From contig CM082580.2 of assembly GCA_040954595.2 (NCBI GenBank), positions 7,356,390 through 7,420,389 on the forward strand: a stretch of 64,000 bases of DNA, given 5' to 3'. Origin of the DNA: Balanoglossus misakiensis. Taxonomy: Eukaryota; Animalia; Hemichordata. Shown piece after piece: positions 43,001-54,300 of this stretch. A model generated the notes under the pieces. That model saw nothing but the letters and a program-made list of their open reading frames with translations. It had not been told where the DNA came from and ran no database searches. How positions within the stretch are numbered: position 1 is the first letter of the stretch; each line of letters begins with the position of its first letter. A program made the translations under genes and the position numbers.

Positions 43001-46000
43001 CATAATGAGAAAATTACCATGTGTTGATCTGCTCCAAAAACGTGACGGCCAATTTTCCTTTTTGTTGGTTTTTGGTGAAAATATATTCTTTGTATTTCTC
43101 TGATAAGGCATGAGCTCTTAAAACTAAATTTTATAATTTGGTCATGGTACAGGCAACACCACCCTAACACATGTTTTATTCAATATTTTGACAATGCCTC
43201 TACACCTTGAATGCAGCAATGCAGACATACAAAAAAATATTCATACCCGTATTTTTCATAATTCATGCCAGTGTAGGGTGATTGAAAAGAAAGTGTGAAA
43301 AACCGGGTGTGAGTCATGAATTTCAAATCACACAAAACAGTGACGGAAAGAACACTTCAAAATGACCATGAGGAAGTACAGGAAGGACGATGCAGGAAGG
43401 CACGTTTGTCAATCAATTTTCATAAAACGTTTCCATGAAATAAACAGTTGATTAGGAAGTTGCTGGAAATGCAATGATGTTTCCTGAACAGGTGATGCCT
43501 TTGAAACACGACATGACGACTCACCCGGGTCACTTGAAAGTGATTGTACTTTCGTGGCCTTGATTTTGTAATCAAGATGGTGAAGATGGCCAATAGTAGC
43601 TCAAGTAAACTAATCAAGAAGCAATGAAGAAATCAACAAGAAATTGTCTCAGTGAGCAGTGTACCCAGTACCCATCCAGAGAAGTCTGCTTACACCCATC
43701 ATGCAATGCACTCTCCAGTGATTTGACCCTTAGCACCTAGTAAAAGACTATACCTTGTAAAAGACTATTTCAAAGCTCATCATTGTCTGACTCTATAGGA
43801 GTTAGTGATGGAAACACCTGCAAAAAAGGAGGAACTTACCCTGTGATGAAGGTTGAAAATTATTCTGATGATCAATGTAGACTTGGTATTGTCTGTTTTT
43901 CATGGTGTGTAGCTTGGTCACCATATCCAGCTCTGCTTCCGTCTGGACACAGAAAAAAAAACCAAATTTAATGAAGTGATCACCGTTCAATAATTGACAC
44001 AATGATTTATCATACTGATGCTAGATGAAAGTTCATTACACATGTGCATGTATGTATACATGTATGTACCTACCAATGTTAACGTTGACAGGCAGTTCGA
44101 TTCAATCTCCTTCAATTTGCTAAACACTGACACACATGTACTTTCTGATGGCGTTGAGTATTCCACTGTCAAGGTGTCTGTGATGGACGGAGATGAAGAT
44201 GTCTGGAAAATACAACAAAGAGAAAAAAAGCAGATGTACATGTAGATCTGCAGCTTCAAGACCCAACTTCCTTCCGACATCAAAACTTAATTCTCATAGA
44301 CTGACCTTTGACACATCCATTTCCATGCGTTTCAGAAGTTGCTCTCTCTCCTTCCGGATCTTGGCCAGTCTGGCTTTTTTCTCAGCGAGAAGTTGTCTCC
44401 TCTGTTCCACCATTTCTTCCTTTGCCCTGTCATAGCTACTGACAGTAACAGGTCCTTTCACTTGTGTACCTTCTTCTTCAGTGATGGGCATCATACAGTT
44501 CATTGGGTTTGGATCGTTCTGTGTGCCCTGCACTCTGTTGCTGCCATTCGGCGCAATATGTTCAATTTTTGATTCTGTGCAGCTCGGATTTGCATATTTA
44601 TTGACAACTTCTTTGGCTGCCATGGTAATGGGAGATGAAATGATTTCTCTCGTGACCGGGGAAGCTGTGAGAAATCTTTCATGTTTGATGTTCTGAAAAA
44701 TTGGTGTTGTGGTGGTCGTGAGGATGGGGCTGGAGTACAGACATCGTTCAGTGGCCGTCAACAGCCTCTGTGATGGTGCATTGTTTGCGGTGGGCTCATT
44801 CAATCTAAAACCAGTTTCACTGTTTTTTTCTTCTGTCAAAGTACCACCTATCTCTGTCAAGTGGCTTTCAACCGCAGAGCACTTCACAGCCACTGGATTT
44901 GAATTCACGTCATGCTGATATTCTCTGCAGTCTAACATGTCACCTGCAGCTGTGACATGCGCATCGTAAATCTTCTCACTGGCTGACACTTCGTAGTCTG
45001 AAAGATTGTTAACAGGGTGATCTCGATCTTTAGTTTCACCCAGAGGGAGTGTTTGAGTGTGTGTATCATCGCTCTTCGTGATTCCAAAATCAGGATTTAA
45101 TATCAAATTCTTTGTCCAGTCTAATCCCATGGTTTCTCCAACTACAGAGAATGGGGCATCAACATAACAGTCTGACAAGGTCTCATTTCTTGCGGTGTCT
45201 TCTGCACTTTCTAGCCCCTGAATTTGAATGTCTTCTTCACCATCATCAACAGTGTGGGTGCTTTGCCTGCCTGCAGAGCCATCGCTCATCTCACCTGTAT
45301 CTATCGGTGCAATCTGACCGGCTCTTCCGTCCTCTGCTGTGACCCCCTCTTTGTCTCCACCATCACAGGTCACGATCTCGGTCTCTTGCATCATGGACTG
45401 GATGACATCTACTCTTCTGTCATCATCATCACCATCATCGTCTTTGACACGATCAGGAACGTCAGCAGTTTCGTCGTCGTATCCACCGCACGCAGTTTCA
45501 TTCTCTTTGTTCTCAATGCCACCCCCTCGCACGCCATTCTCATCTTCATCTTCCTCGTTCACAGAACATCTCTGTTTTAGGTGCCGGAATCCTGCATGGA
45601 AGACTTCAGTTCTTCTCTTGAACTTGGCCGTTTTCTCCTTCTCCTTCGGCGTCACAGGGCCAAAGAAGATTTCATTTTCATCTTCACTGTCATCAAGGCT
45701 TAACCCAGCTTGTGGCCTGGAAGAAAAGCAGACATGGGTGCACTGATAACAATACCTGAAACCATCCAATATCTTCTTAAATCTTAGGCTTGAAGGAGGT
45801 CTCCATATAATTTACACTTTTCTAAAAAAATACTTGAATGTGATTGTTCACCAATACATTTAGTTTGTTAATGTTCCAAATCAGACGGCCAGCTTATTAT
45901 TGTGTTGACATACATGCATGCATGATACAGTCAGACTACAGTCTGACTCGAATTTTAGGCGGGGCATATTAAAACCCCTACATCATACCTGATCATGCAG

Positions 46001-46966
46001 AGCTAGACTCTGGTCAGATACAGTTTGTCCATACTGACTATTTACGAGTGGAGAGACAACCACTACTTCTCGGTGTGAACCCTATATTTCTCAAGCAGTC
46101 TTCCAAACACATGGCAAGAAATGACTGAATATGTGTAATTTCCAGGAATCTATTGCATGTCAGAAAGCATGATTTTGGTGAATAATAACGCCATCCCGAG
46201 AGCTCTACCCTATAAAATATGGAATGCAGGCACTTACATGTACAGGCAATTTACCATCAAGTGATACAGCCTCATCTATACAAATTGGCTCATAAATACA
46301 AAAGGGTGGAATTAAGCAGTCTTGCTTTCATTATGCTAAATTCTTCAGTTCTTCAGACACTGAGGGCGCCAAAGCAGTACATTGTACATTTCTGTACAAC
46401 AGTACAATTCAAAAGAAAAGACCTGACCCATCCATGATCTCTACATTAATTTTTCAGCCCCCCCCTCTAATATTTATATATATATCACTGTAAACAAAGG
46501 TGAAGACGTCCAGCTACATGTACATGTACTGTGTCTGTAGCATGCAGACTACCATCCAGCTGCAGGACCATCATGCCATGTGTTGACGGAAATGCCTTCA
46601 GAATAACAACGCGCCATCGAAGTTGAAAACAACATCGATAACATCATGAACATGTAGAAGCTTGTCCAGTTGTGTCTTCTATACTACATACGAATTGGAT
46701 TAAACCAGGTCCTCTTGAAACATGTGAAATGTACCGATGAAATGTACGAACGTACATGTACACTGTAGAACGAACTTTTGTCTGTTCACAATGAGTGTCA
46801 TACGCTCAGTGGACTGTGCACGTACGTTCTCATCTGACTGAAGCTCTATCTTGTAAATATCACCGTTTTTCGCATTAAATGGTTTGATCTGTGGCAACCG
46901 GAGTACTTACCCAGTGTTACAACTTCCACCGAGAGGACTCAACGGAGAGCGGTCCTTGCAAGACAT
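40081..46966 (-). CDS. Uncharacterised ~674-aa protein, mostly acidic/low-complexity, with an N-terminal EIFFGPVTPKE motif (reminiscent of the GTSE1 N-terminus) and C-terminal RVRW / KSIL motifs
   Basis: Phase-compatible exons 46966-46911, 45716-44306 (contains the 491-aa ORF), 44202-44074, 43942-43840, 42275-42073 and 40203-40081. All junctions are GT-AG and the total is 2025 nt, an open frame from ATG (MSCKDRSPLSPL) to TGA. Small additional exons cannot be excluded. Confidence 0.75.
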
Positions 46967-47019
46967 GTCCTTACAGCGGGTGAACTTCAGGACAATCCTT
47001 GGGACACCGTAGGTCACTC

Positions 47020-47290
47020 CAGTTGACGTAATTTGACCAATGACGTCACAGCCTGATCTTCATATCTCACCCCCGCACAGGAAACTTTGACCCAAAACGT
47101 GTCTTATGATATGGCTCTGGCAATATTGTCGTCCACTTCGTTCCAAAACGGGAGAGGAGACAACTGCGTAAATAAAAATCCAGTGATAAAGATCACGCGT
47201 CCATTAAATCATTGATTGCTTTTTCAAAATTGCCTCCAGCTGATTAGTGCATGCGCAGATACAGTTTTCCCATAATACATTGCAAAGGTG
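47020..47290 (-). promoter_or_regulatory. Probable promoter/5' region of the uncharacterised 674-aa gene
   Basis: Lies immediately upstream of the ATG at 46966. Contains TGACGTAA (47024-47031), CCAAT (47037-47041), the CRE palindrome TGACGTCA (47041-47048), a CHR-like TTTGAA on the minus strand (47223-47228), NRF1-like TGCATGCGCA (47248-47257) and ZNF143/Staf-like TTCCCATAATACATTGC (47267-47283). Confidence 0.55.
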
Positions 47291-48215
47291 AATGACTGAG
47301 TGGTTGCACATTACAAGGAGTACTGTAATCACCTTTTTTCATGAGAAATATATGAAAACATTAATTATACTGATTTCTGTTTTGCATAACAATAAATTGC
47401 ACTATAAGTTGCCATCTGTCTGATCTCTCCATCTCTTGACACTTAGTGAATGCATCCACACCAGACAATGTCACATAAACGAACAGTGCACAATGAATAT
47501 GACATATGTTTATTTTTCAGGACTGTTTTACAAACAATACAACACTAGTTAATCTAATTAAAATACAAGACACTTCCTCATCCAAATTCTTGTTGGAAAG
47601 CCACTGAAAAAATTTAAAACTTCATTGATAACAAACCATGATTAATCGTGCATTTTCAACTGCCGTAACAGAAAAAATTGTGTTCCTTTTGTCGTAAAAT
47701 CAAAATGAATATACACTTCTGTTTCTACAAGGCAAGATACTGTACAAAAGAATGTAAGTAAGGTGTTTGTTCAATAAATGGAGTAAAAAAATTGTTTTTT
47801 TTTCACGCAATATCTAGCTGTATTTTGCTGTGTGTACCAATCCCTACGCCATGCTAAATTGTCCACCAAAAACACTATCTGTTTTCAAATAAGACCCATG
47901 ACAAAATCTTGCACTTTGAAATAAATACTTATTCTATGAAAAATGCTGTCGGAATAGAAATGTTAAAAGTTATGATTGAAAACAAAAAGCCAAGATCAAT
48001 AGTACATGTACATTTTCTCTCCACAAAGAAGTGTCTCAGATGTTAACATTACTGTACGAGGTTGGATATATTGAACAATTCATTTTCATTATTTGCGAAA
48101 TTAATTTCATAATTTAGAAAAGAGATAATGTTGTTCGCCACAACAATATGACAAATGTTGACAATCAGATTAGAAATGGAACATCACTATGTACATAAAA
48201 TATCACCATGGTGAC

Positions 48216-50602
48216 CTAGGCGTCACTTTCTCCCTGTTGTATATCTTCTAGAATTGGAACAATTAAATTATCTTTCGACATCAGGTTGTATTTCATTACA
48301 AATGTTGTGAAGCGTCGACAGAGGTAGGTTTCATTCTGCGAAAGAGATATGAAGAAAAAAATATCATTATAGCTGGAAATACAGAGGGTACTTGGAGAAA
48401 AAGTTACCACCGGACAGTCACAGCTGAGAGTAACAAGTTGGGTTGCATAGCAAAATTAAATAAATGCCACCTATTTAGAGATTCACTCCAGCTGAAATAA
48501 AACGTATGTACAACAATCTTGTTCTCTTTTTCTAATATAAGAGTCAAATCACAAAAAATTTGAAACGGCAGAAACGTTTTTTATTCAAAAAAGATGTCCA
48601 CACACGATGAACACACACATAAACAATCATTTACTGTCACTTACTTCATATTCATCGAATAATGTCCGATGGTGGAAGTATGCGTGTGAAAAAATCCTAT
48701 AAATACGGCGACAGACAGAGCCTAGTTTAGCCACGGAAGACTCTTTTATACTAACCCTGTAGGAAAATAAAACAACAGATGTTCGATATTTGAAAACGTA
48801 CCAAAGCCTTTTAACATACTGTCTGGTCACAGGTCCCATACCATACTGAGCCCACTGGGGCAGAATCTGGTTGTTTATCCACTATGCATTACTGAACAGT
48901 CAAAACATATTACCATAGTGTTATTTTTTTAAATACCACATTCATGCATTCTTGATTGCTGACATAACCAAACAAGTTCTATTTTGGTAAATCCCACTAG
49001 GCAACAGAGGTGGTGTGATATTCTAGAACTACACGGTTTTAATGCATCTTGGATAAACTAATTTGCTACCTGCTTGGGAAGTACTTGTTACTATTCAGCA
49101 GTGAGGCTGCACCATCTAATGTGTGTCTGGTGTAGTCTATTGCTGGACACTGAAAATAAGAAAAAAACGTCTTATTAAGGAAATTGCCTCATCTGATTTA
49201 CATATACCCACAGATGGTTACCAATGAATATGTCAGAATGTGTTTTTACATATATACAGTGCATGAAATATAATAACTGATCATTTCTTCAATTTGACTC
49301 AAATTATATTTACAATTTCAAGCCAGTTTACCTGAAATAGGCGCAACCCCAACAGTAAAAACCATGGGTTTCAATGGCAAGAGGCAGCTGCCCTTTTTAT
49401 TTATTAAGTGGCCTACCTCTTTAGGAGTTTTGTGAGCAGCGCAGAGAAATATCCACTGTTCCGTGGCAGTCATCTGAGTGCAGGTTTCTGGTTGACACTC
49501 GGCCTGTGAATGGAATGGGTGAATCAATGAACTTTGACAATTATGCAATTCCTAGTGAAACTAAACTACCATTCTGACAATGCAAGTATTACAGCAAAAA
49601 ATCACAATAAATTCAATGGACTTACTTGTAATTTTACTGCTAATCCATTCAACTCCAGACAAAACTGTCTGTAAATCAAAAATAATTAATGGTATGTTCA
49701 GGTTCTTAAATGTACAAAAGGACATGCCAATTTATCTACTTTGAAGGGAGAAAGTCTCTCTATTTTGAGCATTTTTGCTCATAAAGCAGAAAAAACAACA
49801 AAAAGACTAGAAAGAAATGCCGGCTTTTCATTTCTTCTGGTGTCACAAACCACTTCGTTCAAATAATTAATAAATTGTGGAGGAAACGCTTAGATAATTT
49901 GTGTGTACTTTACCTCAAATGTTCATACTTCCAAACACCCTCATCTTGCCCTTCTGGTGGTTGTAGTATTGAGTCAACATTTGCATAATCTTTCCTAATA
50001 TTCTGCTGTATGAACTGAAATCAAAACAAGAAAATTTTCTGTCAGGTACTATAGGACGTATTTTAAAGAAGGGCACTGTCAACCTGATTGCAGACAGCCA
50101 CTACTTAGTGTCACTGCAGCAAGGATTAACTCACAGTACTGGTAATCTGACAGCTCCTTTTCAAATTACTTGCTGGGCACAGAGATGCTGACTGCACAAG
50201 TTTACAGGTTGTGTGGTGGTGTCAGTTCTTTTTCAACCTACCTGCTGCACTGCCAATGTGCTGTCCATTTCTTCAAATGACTCCTCTTGCCATATGTAGA
50301 AATCCTGTAACAAAACACAGTGAAACACTGTACGTGAACCATATTCTCGATTGTAAATCATAGTATCAGTAATATTTCCCACTCCAAGCCAGAGTGAGAT
50401 CATGGCTAGTGATGACCCAGCTACCGGAAGAGTACATTTTTTTTGTTTCCCTGGTTGTTCACGATTTCTTCTCGACTCTTAAATAAATAGCATCTACTTC
50501 TAAGACGAACAGAATTGTATAAAATCCACATTTACTTACAGCAGCCTTCATACCAGGCCTGTTTCTGCGAATGATTGTCGAAGGACCAGTCTCGACAGCC
50601 AT
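48216..50602 (-). CDS. MOB4: MOB family member 4 (phocein), STRIPAK component, 222 aa
   Basis: Exons 50602-50540, 50304-50242, 50014-49914, 49668-49626, 49503-49417, 49149-49070, 48756-48645 and 48335-48216 (669 nt). Translation includes [82 protein letters not shown] and [17 protein letters not shown], near-identical to vertebrate MOB4. Confidence 0.97.
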
Positions 50603-51351
50603 TTTGTTTTTCTGTCTTGCAGGGTGAACAGCGCCACCACACGATACAAGCCGACTTCAGTTCAGCCATGGATTCAGTTTCGGATCCGAGTGGGTGGGGG
50701 GGGGGGATATTTGGAAAGAAGGGTTACTTGGGGTCATGGGGGTAGAAGGAAATATATCAACATTTATTCACCATATTTCAATATGGTCAAGGTCACTATA
50801 TTGACAGCAATGAATCAGGCACTGTATATGATTAATTCATGTGATTGCATAGAAAAATAAAAGTACAGTATATAGTGTTTTATGTTAAAATTTTTTACTT
50901 TATTTTCAATCAGAAAAATAATTTTGGAAGATATTGTTAAATACACATATTTTCATACTCTCTAAAACTACATCTCCGCCTATCCCATCTATTTCAGTTG
51001 ACATGATTCGAAGTGTAAGAAAGTGCCGAGTGCAATGAGTTATGGACTTGTATGCTACATCAGGTGATATGGTATCCCACAATAGTCACCGTGAAGATTA
51101 AGTAGACGTCTTTCTGTTAACTCCACTCTAAGCAAATTTATCTTTGAGAATCAACATAACATTATTATAGGACAATAAATTAAATGCATTGCATGTTGCA
51201 TATCCCGTCATGCCTGAGCTTGAGATAATGGATTGAAAAATTGGTGAACAATCAAATAGAAAAAAGTATAGTGTGATATGAGCTTCATATACATTAGATT
51301 GCAATACAAGAATGGACCATGATTGGCCGCCAGATAAACTACATTGCTACG

Positions 51352-54300
51352 TCACAATTTAGCTTCAGACGTCAAAGCCATTGTTTCTTGTAAAGTTTTC
51401 TCAAAGGTCTGATAGAAAAGTTGGCTGTTAGTTTCTTCGTTGTCCTTCCATGTCAGTACCATCAAACGCAGCCTGCAAACAACAGAAAACAGGGGGAAAA
51501 AAACAAGAAACTTGTTACGAGCCAAAATATGCAAGTAAAGTTTTCATAGTGTCAGTTTTTCAAAAAATCCACTTATTTTTTGCTTTTGTTGATATTTTTT
51601 CCCCTCAAAAGGTAAATTAATCAAAACTGCCACACAAGAGAAAATATCTGAGCACAGTTCCCGGAATGACTTTTGGCTCAGCTAAATTTCTCTGGTGTGC
51701 GGAGCCAGCTTACTTTTGTTTTGGCATGGAGTAAAAGAGACCATATCCATTGGGCACCATTGGAACCACACATCCAAGCAGTGACGTATAGCCAGCTAGA
51801 CTTGTGGACAAGATATAATTACCACCACCGCCACTGCAAGAGCATAAGAGACAAAAAGTTTGTACACGTAACTGACAGATTTCCCCAAATACTGCCCCCT
51901 GTGGCCAGCTCAGTTGGAAACATTTTCTAAAAGTGGTAGCTATTGGGGCTTTAAGTCCATAAAGTAAACTTGACCCACTCCCGTTCGTATTTTCGCACTG
52001 AACAACAACCAAAAAAGACAAATGTCACAATTCTAAGATTTCCTGGAATTCCCACCTTTTGGTGTAGGCTTCGTCTTCAAAAAGCTCTGGTGTCGGAAGA
52101 CCGTTCTCCATGGCAAGAATCTGCAAACCAAATAAATGACGATCGCATCCCGCATTCTCCTTGCCTTCTTCCATCAAAGTGTTTTGTTTTGCGACAGCTC
52201 TATGAAGAAGTTCCAACCTGTCCTTCGTCTATGAGATGTACATGCAAGGAAACAAAAAATCCAAATCACATTATTTTGATCAACATGACTTCAAATTAAG
52301 CATTCATGCAGTGTACCCAGAATTTGTTTGTACATGTGTGTTTGCCAACTTGACACAGACTGAGCCCCCCACCCCCTTCCAATACACATGTCTACTCACT
52401 GACGATTGTGGATCCAACATGGCGCGGCACCAGTCCACCATTTCCACTGAGCACGATCGAACGGTCTCTGTTCTGCCTCTGTAGAACTGCCTTGTGGTGG
52501 CTGTCTCATAGCATGGCCCTGGTCTGTGCAACAATGAATGAATGAATGAAGAATGAGAGAGAAATTGTGCAGAGCAGTACAGTACATTATTGCACAACAT
52601 GATTACAATATGATGTAAAACCTGCCTACACCGAACCTGTCTAATCTGGAAACACCTAAGTTTTACAATCCATAGAATCACATGTTAAAAGAACCTCCAT
52701 ACATTGTAAACTGGACACCTCTTGCAAACTAAATAATTTCTTCAGTATCTTTGGTGTCAAGTTCAGACAGGTTTTACTGTGCTATGGTTCAATACATCAC
52801 AGAGCAGAACAGTTTTATAAAGTTCAGTAGTCATATTTTTTATCAAAGATCATTATTAAGTATAAAAGACTTACTTTTTGTGTATTTTCATGTACGTCAA
52901 CTGCAACGCTAACTGTACAATTGCATCGGGATGTAACTTTTTCGCTTTTAACAGATTCCGATCAAGACTGGTCTCACCTCTTACCAAATCAATGTTATCA
53001 GTCTGTACAATTGGGGGGAAAAACTCTCAGTTTGAATATTTTCAAAAAAGGTGTTTGAATATTTTGAAAACAAAATCTCAAAGTTCCAGCTGAATTCCTT
53101 TCTAATGAGCCATTTCAAACAATAAATCAAACAAAAATAAAGAAATCCCACCCCTTTCTTGTAAATCTTGGCACCTTCATCAATATACTCCGCTACTTTC
53201 TCATCAATTGTAAACTTGATCTCCTCTGGGGGTGGGAGCTGCCTAATTTCCTTGGGACCCTGCACGACACAAAAAATTTACAATCAGTAGAAAATATATA
53301 ACCGATTCTGGTAAAACATCAACAGCTACAATCTTTGACAGTTCTTGCTTTCTCTGCCTGTTGCATACATTCACATGATTCAATACAATGAGGTGAGCAG
53401 AAAAATACACAATGCACTTCAGACTAGTGCTTACATGCAGAACATCATAGGTAATTACCTTCCATTTGCCTTGATTTTGCAGAATCCCTGTATAGGCAGT
53501 ATACACCATCACCATGATGGCTATTCCGTCAGCTGCAGAGTGCTGGAAATTGGAAGAAGAATTCCAGTCACTAAACACTTCGCAAAACAGGCAAAGAAGT
53601 GTATGTAGTTTGAATAAAGCCTTTATGTCCCAAGTTTGTATAAAATACCAAACAAATGAACTTAATACGGCAATGAATCACAACACAGTAGCAGTAAGCC
53701 TAGCCCGGAGACCAGGGCGTCGATTCTACAATTCCAACTCGTTACTAAGCGACCCTGATCGTTGCCAGGGCTACTATCTTTCAGCTCAGCAGGACATTGC
53801 TAGACTGTCACCGGGCGTTGGAATTCTAGAATCGACGCCCTGGTCTCCGGGCTACAGTAAGCCTGCAACAGGCACATAACAAATATCTGCATTTAACGTA
53901 AACTGTCTTCAACGTACGTACATCACCATTGAAGGCAATGGCACCGTTTCTGTGACTCATAAGCTGGAAGGGCTGATCAAACCATTGATTGTAGGGGTCT
54001 GTGGCGATAGCCTGATGACTCAGCTGCAAATAAAAAAACAACAGAAATTCAGACTTAGGCGGACAATGAATGGTGTTAATAATGTGGCCTTCCGGAAGCA
54101 TCCAAAACAAAATAAAATGACAATAAAAATGAATTGACTTGGCACCTCCAGAAGCGTCTCTGGTGCCGAATTCTGAATGCTTGTTAGAAGAACGCAACTT
54201 TCGATGGTTTTCAGTCGGTCTGCATTCTTCGGATCAATCTTGATCAAATGGTCACGCATCTGTCGGAGAAACAGTGTTATGACATGTTACAAGACTAAGT

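Noticed and set aside
44018-45746. Several plus-strand ORFs overlapping the large exon of the uncharacterised gene
   Set aside because: Antisense shadows of the acidic minus-strand coding exons.
51340-51354. TGA-C stop context at the CROT end (possible readthrough masking the PTS1)
   Set aside because: The context is TGA-CGTAG, not the established TGA-CTAG readthrough motif.
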